42,733 bases of DNA from IMG/VR virus record IMGVR_UViG_3300050335_000080; one strand, given 5' to 3'. Within the stretch, counting starts at the first letter, position 1, and each line of letters starts with the position of its first letter. Under the pieces are notes generated by a model. The model had not been told where the DNA came from, searched no databases, and saw nothing but the letters and a program-made list of their open reading frames with translations. The DNA comes from a virus. Of this stretch, positions 15,101-22,682 are shown one piece after another. The translations under genes were made by a program, and so were the position numbers.

Positions 15101-18100
15101 GAGGGTTTGCATTGTTTCCCGGTCGGACGCCTTGTTCTCCAGGTCCCGGACCTCGGCGTCAAGCCGGGCGTTCAGCTCCGCCTCGAAGGGATTCCTCGCC
15201 TCCTCCGCCAGGAGCGCCTGCAGTTCCTCCACGCCCCCCAGCCCCAGCAGATCCGCCGCCGCTTCCATGGGCACCGTGCCCTCGGGTGACGTCAGCCGGG
15301 CGTTCGCCTCGCCGTACCGCTCGTCCGGGGCGAGGTTGTACCCCGTATCGGCGAACTGCAGCAGGTCGTCGTAGGCCTTCCACGCCGCCGATTCCCCCCG
15401 CATCGCCTCCCGAATCCCAGGTTCCGCCGCTTCCCTGCGCTTCCGTGCCTGCTCCCGGGTCTCGGCGCCCAGCTCCTGCAGCAGCACCGCCAGCAGCTTC
15501 GTCTTCGCCTCGGAAGCCGCCTTGTCGGCAGCCTCCCGGAGGGCGTCGGCCTCCACCGTGGGGATCCCCTGCTGGATCAGGCGGGTCCGCAGCCTCTCCG
15601 ACTCCCGGAGAGACCGCGCCTGGTCCACCTCCTCCTCGGAGGCCAGCATCCGGTCCATCACCGCCCGCACCTCGTCGGACAGCTCCACGTCGGGAGCGCC
15701 CTTCAGCGCCTTGTACACCTTCGCCAGCCACCGCTTGAAATTGTCGAATATCTGCCGGAGTGCCCGGCTTGGGGCCAGCCCCTCGAAGAGGTACTGCTCG
15801 AAGCCCCGCGCCCAGTACTCCTCCGCCGCAACTCTCACAGCGTCGGCCAGCACGGCGTCGGCTTCCTTTCCCGCCAGGGCGGCCCGCACGATCCCCGCCC
15901 CGTCGGGAGCGGCGAACAGTGCCCGGACATCCTCCGATACGGTGCCGTGCTTCACGATCCACTCCGCCAGGTCCCTCGCGTGGCCTCCCCACCAGCTCCG
16001 GACGACCTCCCAGTCGCCGGCCGTTCGGGAATCCGCCTTCCCTGCCCTCACCAGGGACTCCAGGTCCCACAGGAACAAATGCCCCAGCTCGTGAAGGAAC
16101 GTGCTCCGGTTCGCCTTGGGCGTCAGGGTGATGGTGATGCCCCTGTCGCTCCGGTTAATGAAGCCCTGGGTGGGATATTGCCGTCCTCCGGCGCTTTTCT
16201 GGTAATAAGTCTGCTGGATGGCGATGGCCTTATCGTCCCAGATGACATAATTTCGGCTGTCGCCGCTTCCATCTCTGGACAAGGCGTCAAGATATCGAAT
16301 GCCCTTGATCCCTACACCGTTGAGAATTTCCGAAGCAGCCTGCCGATCATCGGCATAATTCTTTCCGATCGTAAATCCGGCATCCTGCGCCCTGCCCACC
16401 AGCTGATTGTAAACTTCCTTTCCGGTGGGGTTGCCTTTTAACCAACTCTTTACATTGATGCCTTCGACGGTCTTCAGAGCCTTTCTTATTGCCTCCGGTT
16501 GCTCGTTCAGAGGCTTGTCCCAGTCCAGCAGAACGTTGTCGTCTGGGATGTCAACCTCATAGATCTGTCCCGGACCCGGCCTTTCAATACGTATCTCATG
16601 ACCACGGAGCGATTCGACAAAATTGATGGCGTCGTCATACTGCTTCAGGCGGTTTGGAGAAAGATTCGGATTGCCTTCCTTGCGTCCACGCAGATATTCC
16701 TTCGCCCTGTCTATATCTCCGTCGGCGCCATTGAGCGCTGCGCGGATCATGGCCGGGAATGGAGCGGACGGCATTTTCTCTTTCAAGGAGGTGATGGAAG
16801 CTCCATCGATGAGAATGTCTGTCGGCTGCCTGTTGGTAACGCTCGTCCTATAATATTCCGCGACCTCTTTCTTGTCCGCGAAGTACAGCCCCCACCCGAA
16901 AGCCTGTGCTCTCTCCCCAGTTCCGATATATTCAGTCGAAAACTCGGTGAATCTGTGGGGTGAGCCATGGTAGGCCGTCTGGTACCGCATATCCTTCACG
17001 CCGGCGTCGAACCGCTGGGACAGTGGAATCACATTCCCCTGGTCGTCCCGGGTGATGCCGTCGGCCTTCTTCACCTGCCAGGGGAAGAAGGGGATCCACA
17101 CCGTATGCCCTTCCCCGGTGTACTTGCCCCCCTGGTCCTTGATGCCGTCGTACCCCATCCTGTGCAGCTCCCGGGACACCCAGTCGGGAACGCTCGTCCA
17201 CGCGAAGGACGTGCCGTCCCGCCGGTCCTGCGCCAGCAGCTCTATCCATTCCCTGCCGCTGAACCGCCGCTTGTCCCACTCGTCCACCACGTTTGCCGAG
17301 CCCCGTTTGCCCTTCGACGCCGCCTCCAGGGCGGCAAAATCATCGTCGGAAATAGCGCTCGTATCGAAGGGGGTCCGGATTGCCAGGTGAGCCTCCAGCA
17401 CCCCGGGCTGTTCCAGCCAGGGGGAGTCATACACCACGCCGTCCAGCCCCGCCAGCCGCAGAATCTCGAGGAACCGCTCCTCCTGGTCGAACAGCTCCCC
17501 ACTGTCCAGCCAGATCTCCACCGCCGCCGCCAGAACGTTCCCCCGCTTCTCCCGGAGCACAAAATCCCAGTGGCTCTTGTTCGTCATGCCGTACTCGTCG
17601 TCGGTGAGCCTGAACTCGTCCGCGACTTCTCCGTTTTCGTCCGTGTTCACCACGTGGGGCAGCTTGGCCGCCAGTTCCCGCCGCTTGTCCAGGGACAGGT
17701 ACAGCCACGCCTGGTCGATGGTCTTCGGCTTGCCCCGCCCCACGGCCACCTTGAACCATCCGGTGTACGACTCAGGGATCTCGATGCTTGTATCCGCCTT
17801 GTTCTTCGAGTAGTTCTCCGCGATAGTGGGGTCATCGGTGAAAAACGGCATGGGGCCGCTCGTCGCCCGCTCCGGCTTCAGCTCGTTCCCCAGCCGGTCA
17901 ATCCGCTTCGAGCCGTGGAACACATGCTGCACCGTGAAACCGGCTTCTTTTGCCGCCTCGTCCACCATCCCCTGGGCTGTTTCCATATCCCCGGCTTCCA
18001 CCGCCGCCAGGTACTCCGCATCAAGGGCGGCTCCGTCCTGGTACAGCGTCAGCTCAGTGTTCTTATCCGCCGCGTCCATAAGCTCCATGGCCGTCGGAGG

Positions 18101-21100
18101 TTGTTCCTCGAACAAAACGGCCTGGTCCGGAGAACCCTGGGCGTCCACGAGCCTCGCGTACCCCGCCAGAAACGACGCTATCCGCGATGGTGCCCGTTTG
18201 TGTTTTTCCAGGATGGAAAGGACCCTCTTCACGTCGTCGGAGATCCCCACTTCCTCGAACATATTCACCTGGGAGAGGAACTCCCGAACCGTCTCCCCTC
18301 GCTCCCGAAGGATCGACAGCTGATTGACCGCCTGTGAAACAGCGCCGGCGATAGAATACTCCGCCTTCAGCAGGCCGGCCTGTATCCGGTCCTCCATGAC
18401 CGCCAGGACGGGAGCGGCCTGGATCAGCCCCTTGTTCACGTTCTTGATGTTATCGTCTTCCGATTCCGCCATCCGCTCAAGGACCTGGTGATCACCGTAG
18501 GCCCTCGCCGCCAGGGCGTTCTGCAGCCGGACAACTCCCTGCCTGCTCAGCGTCCCCGCAGAAGTGGTCACCGTGCCCCACTCGTTCGGAGGAACGACCT
18601 TGCTCAAAAACTCCCGGACGAACGGCCTGTTTTCCGGGGCCAGCAGGTCACTCTCGGGCCGGAACGTCCCGAGGATCTTCTCGGACATCCGCTCCGCGTC
18701 GGCTCTCGCAGTCTCGGAGGCGGACATGGCCGCCACGGACGCCACGTTCGCTTCCTTCGCAAACTGCGCCCGGTCCACGTCCGTTTCCCTCACCCGCACC
18801 AGGACGGGAGATTTCACCGCGTCAATGTCGGCTTCCAACAGGCCGAAGCGCCCCGCGTTTTCCTTCAGCCAGGAGATGTATTTGCTTCGGGCCTTCTTTG
18901 TCGCGGCGCCGCGCTTGTACATCAGCTTTAGGGCGATGGTGCGGCCGTTGCCGCTCTCCACCACCATATCGTCCCCGACGATAGGAGCGCCGTCGGAGGC
19001 CATTCGGCTTTCCCCCAGCCGTTCGGGATCCAGCCCGGACAGGATCTTCTCCACCTGGGAGATCCCCGCCGCCCGGTCCCGCTTTCGGGGCTGAAGTTCC
19101 TTGGGGTATTTTTTGTTCACCGCGAAGGATTCCGTGTTGCTTGCGATCAGCTCGGATGCGTCTACCACACGGAAACGGGTCTGGATGGTCGTGCCTTCGC
19201 CGGTAACAACCTCACTTACAATTCCGTTGCTTTGTCCGGAATTGTCTGGTATAATTTTCTCGGAGGTGGTATCCATGGGCGTGAGAACATTTGAGTTCTT
19301 TGTTGATTCCGAGGATGACAACGTGTTCGCTATCGAAACCGGCCCCGACGGTAACTGGCTTCCCGCCGAGGAAGGAACCAAGGGCCCGAGGGTTTTCAAG
19401 ATTCTCTCCAACGCTTCTCTCAAGCCGCTTTCCTGGGAAACAGCTTCCAGGTGGAAACGCAGGGCCTGGAGGGTCTCCAAGGAAGAAGCGCTCAGGGCGG
19501 CAGGTGCGCTCTGACTGGTGGCAAGTGCGTTCTCGTAAAATTCCCTGCTTAGTGATCGGACTTTTTCCGCAAGTATTTTTTCATTTTCTATGTTTAATTG
19601 ATCCGCCAGCTTATACAGCTCGTGCCCTATGGAGTTTTTTACCTCCGTAATAGCTCTGTGATGTACCTGCAACTCCCCCACATATCCATTCGGAAGCCGC
19701 ACGTTCAACAGATAATCCCGATATCCTTCCGGCGTCGGTTTGCTCCACCGGTCCTTGATCCGGACAATCCGGTTATCATCCCTCAGGGACTCCACCGCAC
19801 GGAGCAAATCCTCTTCCGTCTCGAAGATCAGCGAACCGCCGAGAACATCCACCACCCGGCTGTAATCTCCGTTGTAGTCGTCGGGGTTGAGAGCCTTCCG
19901 GTTGACGCTTTCGGCCGTCTTCATCTCCGGCCGCATGAGCAATTCGCCGCCGAGCTGAGACTGCAGCTCTCCCATCAGCGAATTGAATTCCGGCTCGGCC
20001 TTCGTCGCCTCGGCGTACAGTGTGTCGATGTTTGTGACCGCCCTGTTTCGGACGGGCTCCACCTTCACCGGCACCGACAGGGCGCCTGCTTCATTCAGCG
20101 CCGTGTAGGTGTGGTTGCCGTCCGCTATGGAATACGTGCCGTCGCCGCGGTCCCATACGGTCAGGGGTTCCCGCTTGGGACCCTCTCCCCGCTTCGCCTT
20201 TTCCAGCCGGTCTTTTGCGGCGGCAAGGCGTTCGGGGTTTATGGTCTCGCTTGGGCGGAGGTTTCCCAGGGGAACCACCCTGCCGCCCTCAGCGCTCACA
20301 CCGTCGGCGTCTATGGCGGGTTGCGCCGGAGTGGCCGCTGGAGTCTTGGGCTCCGCCACCAGGCTCTTCGTGCCGTCGGCGTTGTCTCTGATCGTCAGGT
20401 TCAGCCTGTCCACCCACTCCTTCACGGTCGTGTTCCAGCGTGAGGCCGCCTGGACCGCGTAGGCTGCGAACAGGGTGCTGTAAGATTCCGCCTCGTTCTT
20501 CCCGAGCCACTTGATGCCCAGACCTTCCAGCTGGGTCTTCACCACCGACTTCGCGTAATCCACGTCGCTCGTCTCGGCCCCCGACTCCTCCAGATACTTC
20601 CGCGCCGCTTCGGAATCCTCATGCAGGCGGTTCAGCCGCTCCTCCTCGAAGGCTTTCGCTTCCCGTGCCGTCATGGCGCCCTCGCCAAGACGGAGGTCCG
20701 GAAGGAGCGCCTGGTTCAGTTCCGTGCCGGCGATCTTTTCCATGTACACGCCCGTGGGCAGCCAGACGTCGCCGCCTGTGGCCGCCGCTTCCCTCAGATC
20801 CTCCGGAGCGATGCCCAACGTCCCGGCCACCTCTTCCGGATCCGCGCCGATCTGCATCAGGGTCTCGGAGAATCCCTTCGCGTCGATGCCGATCTCCGCC
20901 ACGGGACCGTTCTTCGTCAGCTCCGTGGCATATTCGCCCATCCCCTCCGGCAGCCGCTTCAGCGTCTTCGACCCGGCCGTCGCGTCTCCGATAGCCTTGA
21001 AAAAGTCCACGTTCTTCCGGGCTTCCCTGGCGGCGCGGGCGTCGGCGTAAAAAGAAAGCCCCTGCCCGGGCATCATGCCCAGGGCGAAGGTGTGCAGCGC

Positions 21101-22669
21101 CTCCCACATTTCCACCCCCACGTCCGACACGATGTCGGCCAGCGGCATGGAGGAGTATTTCGCTATGTTCTGTACCTGTTCCCCTACGGGCAGGTCGGAC
21201 CAGGGGACCCCGCTCCTGATAGACTGCGCCACCCGTTCGGCATACGCGGAATCCTTCAGCTGCTCCCCCACGATGATCTGCCACAGGCGCTGCGCTCCCT
21301 CTGTGGCCACCTCGAAGGTCAGGTCTTTCCCGTACCCCTTGATGGCATCCTTCAGGGCGGTCTGGACCGTTTTTGTCTTCAGCATTTCGGCCACGGCCTG
21401 CTTGCTCAGGAATGCCGCCCCTCCGGGGAACGCCTTGATGATCCGCCCCATCTGCAGTGATTCCAGGAAACTTGCTCCGGCCCCGTACAGGAAGGCCCCA
21501 ATTCGGGCGTACTCCTCCGGCAGGGGATTTCCGTCCTCATCTTTGATTCCGAGGTATTCCTGCAGCGCGAGGCCGGCCTCGACGGAAAACCCTTCTTCCA
21601 TGACGCCGAGCCCGAAGCCGGTTCTGGCCATCAAGCCGAAGGCCCCGGGGATGGTGACAATCTCTTCCGGGAAGGCGGCCTGCGGTCCCATGTTCCCCAG
21701 AACGCCGGCAGCCAGGGCAGCGAGAGCCCCATACTGGAGCCCCCTGTACGCACCCCTCGAAAACTGGGGTAGTCGCTGCCCGGCCATAGTCCCGGCCCCG
21801 TACAGCATCTTGTCCCAGGAGCCGTCTCCCTTATTGGCGTTTTTCGCCATCTCGGCGTCAAGCACGGCAAGACGGGCCCTTTGCTCATCGGTCATCTTGC
21901 CGGTGAAGAGGACGGTGGTCCATATCCTGCCGCTCTCCGACATGGCCGTGGCGTTCCGGAAGCCTCTTCCGGGGAGGGTGGTCTCCCTGTCGTGGGTCTC
22001 CTGCTCCACCAGAGATTCGAGGGCCATCAGGGCGGGAAGGTCGTCCCAGACGGCGGCCATCCTCCCGGGGATCTGCAGCCAGGAGCGCAGCTTCGGCCCC
22101 ACCTTCTCCAGGGTGTCCAGCTGGTCCAGGGTCATCTTCTGCCGCCATGCCTCATCCCGGACCTCCGGATCCTGCACCATCATCCCCACGGGGATCCGCG
22201 TGGCGAGGCTCGCCTGCACGTTCCTGGAGTACATCTCCGGGTCGTAGGACTGGGCGTCCTTGAACATCCCGGCAAGAAAACGGGTGGAGTCGCTGAACCG
22301 CCTCTCCCCGTCCACCAGCGCCTTCTCTTTCGGCGACAGCTCCACGAACATGCCGCTTCCGGGAGCGGCCGGGTTCAGGCGCTCCTCTCCACGGAACGGC
22401 TCGTCCTCGTAGGGTGACAGGTCGATCCCGCCGCTCCGGGCGAGAGAGTCCAGGTCGGCCGCCGGTGCCGGACTCAGGTCCGCCTCGGCGTCAACAGCCT
22501 CGGTGCGGAGATCCGTCAGCCGGTCCCGGGCACTCGCTACCTCGGGGATCGAGGACACGTTTATCCCGCCGAACAGGCCTCCTGCAGACTCCTCGGGGGG
22601 CTCGGTCTCCCCGGCCCCCCCGTTCTGCAGTATTCTTTTCTCTTCGTCAGTCAGCGGGATAAACGCCAT
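12182..22669 (-). CDS. Giant (3,495 aa) polyvalent internal-virion/ejection protein in the T7 gp16 position
   Basis: A single 10,488-nt ORF. RBS GAGGAGG lies 6 nt upstream of the ATG at 22669. Multiple enzyme-like motifs are listed as separate features. It is flanked by gp15-like and tailspike genes. Confidence 0.9.
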   Translation of the reverse strand: MAFIPLTDEEKRILQNGGAGETEPPEESAGGLFGGINVSSIPEVASARDRLTDLRTEAVDAEADLSPAPAADLDSLARSGGIDLSPYEDEPFRGEERLNPAAPGSGMFVELSPKEKALVDGERRFSDSTRFLAGMFKDAQSYDPEMYSRNVQASLATRIPVGMMVQDPEVRDEAWRQKMTLDQLDTLEKVGPKLRSWLQIPGRMAAVWDDLPALMALESLVEQETHDRETTLPGRGFRNATAMSESGRIWTTVLFTGKMTDEQRARLAVLDAEMAKNANKGDGSWDKMLYGAGTMAGQRLPQFSRGAYRGLQYGALAALAAGVLGNMGPQAAFPEEIVTIPGAFGLMARTGFGLGVMEEGFSVEAGLALQEYLGIKDEDGNPLPEEYARIGAFLYGAGASFLESLQMGRIIKAFPGGAAFLSKQAVAEMLKTKTVQTALKDAIKGYGKDLTFEVATEGAQRLWQIIVGEQLKDSAYAERVAQSIRSGVPWSDLPVGEQVQNIAKYSSMPLADIVSDVGVEMWEALHTFALGMMPGQGLSFYADARAAREARKNVDFFKAIGDATAGSKTLKRLPEGMGEYATELTKNGPVAEIGIDAKGFSETLMQIGADPEEVAGTLGIAPEDLREAAATGGDVWLPTGVYMEKIAGTELNQALLPDLRLGEGAMTAREAKAFEEERLNRLHEDSEAARKYLEESGAETSDVDYAKSVVKTQLEGLGIKWLGKNEAESYSTLFAAYAVQAASRWNTTVKEWVDRLNLTIRDNADGTKSLVAEPKTPAATPAQPAIDADGVSAEGGRVVPLGNLRPSETINPERLAAAKDRLEKAKRGEGPKREPLTVWDRGDGTYSIADGNHTYTALNEAGALSVPVKVEPVRNRAVTNIDTLYAEATKAEPEFNSLMGELQSQLGGELLMRPEMKTAESVNRKALNPDDYNGDYSRVVDVLGGSLIFETEEDLLRAVESLRDDNRIVRIKDRWSKPTPEGYRDYLLNVRLPNGYVGELQVHHRAITEVKNSIGHELYKLADQLNIENEKILAEKVRSLSREFYENALATSQSAPAALSASSLETLQALRFHLEAVSQESGLREALERILKTLGPLVPSSAGSQLPSGPVSIANTLSSSESTKNSNVLTPMDTTSEKIIPDNSGQSNGIVSEVVTGEGTTIQTRFRVVDASELIASNTESFAVNKKYPKELQPRKRDRAAGISQVEKILSGLDPERLGESRMASDGAPIVGDDMVVESGNGRTIALKLMYKRGAATKKARSKYISWLKENAGRFGLLEADIDAVKSPVLVRVRETDVDRAQFAKEANVASVAAMSASETARADAERMSEKILGTFRPESDLLAPENRPFVREFLSKVVPPNEWGTVTTSAGTLSRQGVVRLQNALAARAYGDHQVLERMAESEDDNIKNVNKGLIQAAPVLAVMEDRIQAGLLKAEYSIAGAVSQAVNQLSILRERGETVREFLSQVNMFEEVGISDDVKRVLSILEKHKRAPSRIASFLAGYARLVDAQGSPDQAVLFEEQPPTAMELMDAADKNTELTLYQDGAALDAEYLAAVEAGDMETAQGMVDEAAKEAGFTVQHVFHGSKRIDRLGNELKPERATSGPMPFFTDDPTIAENYSKNKADTSIEIPESYTGWFKVAVGRGKPKTIDQAWLYLSLDKRRELAAKLPHVVNTDENGEVADEFRLTDDEYGMTNKSHWDFVLREKRGNVLAAAVEIWLDSGELFDQEERFLEILRLAGLDGVVYDSPWLEQPGVLEAHLAIRTPFDTSAISDDDFAALEAASKGKRGSANVVDEWDKRRFSGREWIELLAQDRRDGTSFAWTSVPDWVSRELHRMGYDGIKDQGGKYTGEGHTVWIPFFPWQVKKADGITRDDQGNVIPLSQRFDAGVKDMRYQTAYHGSPHRFTEFSTEYIGTGERAQAFGWGLYFADKKEVAEYYRTSVTNRQPTDILIDGASITSLKEKMPSAPFPAMIRAALNGADGDIDRAKEYLRGRKEGNPNLSPNRLKQYDDAINFVESLRGHEIRIERPGPGQIYEVDIPDDNVLLDWDKPLNEQPEAIRKALKTVEGINVKSWLKGNPTGKEVYNQLVGRAQDAGFTIGKNYADDRQAASEILNGVGIKGIRYLDALSRDGSGDSRNYVIWDDKAIAIQQTYYQKSAGGRQYPTQGFINRSDRGITITLTPKANRSTFLHELGHLFLWDLESLVRAGKADSRTAGDWEVVRSWWGGHARDLAEWIVKHGTVSEDVRALFAAPDGAGIVRAALAGKEADAVLADAVRVAAEEYWARGFEQYLFEGLAPSRALRQIFDNFKRWLAKVYKALKGAPDVELSDEVRAVMDRMLASEEEVDQARSLRESERLRTRLIQQGIPTVEADALREAADKAASEAKTKLLAVLLQELGAETREQARKRREAAEPGIREAMRGESAAWKAYDDLLQFADTGYNLAPDERYGEANARLTSPEGTVPMEAAADLLGLGGVEELQALLAEEARNPFEAELNARLDAEVRDLENKASDRETMQTLAEEMLSGEARLRLLALEQAILARKIGDLQFGPEQMEDQPSAWETTAQQARQMSAQVRAYREVAEQLIADKRVRDARAASRYLAAARKAGREAYELALKGRYEESLAAKDREMMSTALYQASLAARDEMEKAEKHLKKYWGGRKRLRAVIGEEHFAQVMGLTERYGFNGEDELSGDRPHLGEWVAAANAQIGADPNNQGAELPVAKWLITDDYKDRKMSWKDLTVTEFRELVEAVEAIDYFGRSRNKLLAAEREADFAKAKADLEASVTAVHGTMKETPLDPDYRGAGVIGRYLASSDRVEHILRRLDGFKDMAVAWLTFFDPVVKAERAEMKRMREAKSRLETIFSVYSSEERGEMTKKKYTLQQLDPSTGKPLVLSRENVIALLLNWGALENREEVVFGYGFDRTVWNSGKGWIHYGSDEEYWAAFRMGSAEVEKLFSQVLEEKDYEVAQAVWDLNESYWGDIAAMSKKVTGVTPKKVKHLPVTSASGVTYRGGYMTLKFRPESNWDNFVVSEKETSKALYAPQGSRAHTKSGHTKERHHGERGKRLLRLDLGVETEHLRDALHDLYFRPVIRDLNKLLADPQVQKTIIGSIGMEAFKQFQPWVNGLANAYRTPSNYGEQMMQKVMGRTSAAILGWSLSSAAKQVFGWFPAVQVLGYKRTALAAFNFWRNPFQWGEMRDFAFGKSEYLRDRVRSFDRDVKAAMEAVTASPVRGRWSAVQETFFLFAGWMDMAVSLPVWTAAWDKGMLEFNGDEAKALEYADFVVRSTQNTGAAKDLAAIQQGSPAWKSMTMFYTAFGSMFQQTREQWFRGHGVRDIPRLAAFALTMYVLPALLEDLMSGRGPEEDEPDDILRWALNSTLQYGASQLILVRDVVNAASSGFSYRMSPMASAGTAAAKVMTDLLKTAEWGLGGDEPDWEKIPGHLVEISGPVFGLPSNQIMRTMKAVGRYLDNDRDWSPWDFVITPPKKKGRR
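15650..16177 (-). other. Domain in the giant protein: zincin-like metallopeptidase (MPTase-PolyVal-like, aa ~2165-2340)
   Basis: STFLHELGHLF, with the HExxH at nt 16079-16093 (aa 2193-2197), and a downstream AAEEYWARGFEQYLFEG as the candidate third-ligand Glu helix. Confidence 0.55.
16205..16990 (-). other. Domain in the giant protein: ART-PolyVal-like module 2 (aa ~1894-2155)
   Basis: AYHGSPHRFTEFS (H1901), GWGLYFADKKEVAEYY, and GIKGIRYLDALSRDGSGDSRNYVIWDDKAIAIQQ. Landmark order is the same as in module 1. Confidence 0.5.
17000..17962 (-). other. Domain in the giant protein: ART-PolyVal-like module 1 (aa ~1570-1890)
   Basis: VFHGSKRIDRLG (H1585), PMPFFTDDPTIAENYSK, and GYDGIKDQGG..HTVWIPFFPWQVKKADGITRDDQGNVIPLSQRFDAGVKDMRYQ. 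Confidence 0.5.
18905..19177 (-). other. Domain in the giant protein: second ParB-superfamily domain (ddrB-ParB-like, aa ~1165-1255)
   Basis: RFRVVDASELIASNTESFAVNKKYPKELQPRKRDRAAG...APIVGDDMVVESGNGRTIALKLMY. The GNGR core lies at nt ~18943-18957. Confidence 0.5.
19580..20002 (-). other. Domain in the giant protein: RelA/SpoT-homologue (RSH) synthetase-like nucleotidyltransferase (aa ~890-1030)
   Basis: RPEMKTAESVNRKAL (Syn1-like), VDVLGGSLIF (DxxGxR-like, with Arg replaced by Ser), PEGYRDYLLNV (GYRSLH-like), GELQVHH (EIQIRT-like) and IGHELYK (HxxYK). Confidence 0.6.
20051..20278 (-). other. Domain in the giant protein: ParB/Srx-like N-terminal-type domain (aa ~798-873)
   Basis: LRPSETINPERL...PLTVWDRGDGTYSIADGNHTYTALNEAGALSVPVKV. 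The DGNH(R/T) core and the overall length fit ParB-like nuclease/NTPase domains. Confidence 0.55.
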
Positions 22670-22682
22670 GGTTTTTCCTCCT

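Noticed and set aside
12332-15289. Very long plus-strand ORFs antisense to the structural genes. They include the 985-aa ORF here, and also 16967-18337, 20621-21460, 22503-24611, 25576-27762, 28823-31054, 31143-33023 and 33095-35206.
   Set aside because: Their translations are dominated by Arg, Pro, Gly, His and Leu runs with no recognisable motifs. They lie opposite ORFs with clear homology-type signatures and proper RBSs. Long stop-free antisense frames are expected in DNA of about 62% GC.
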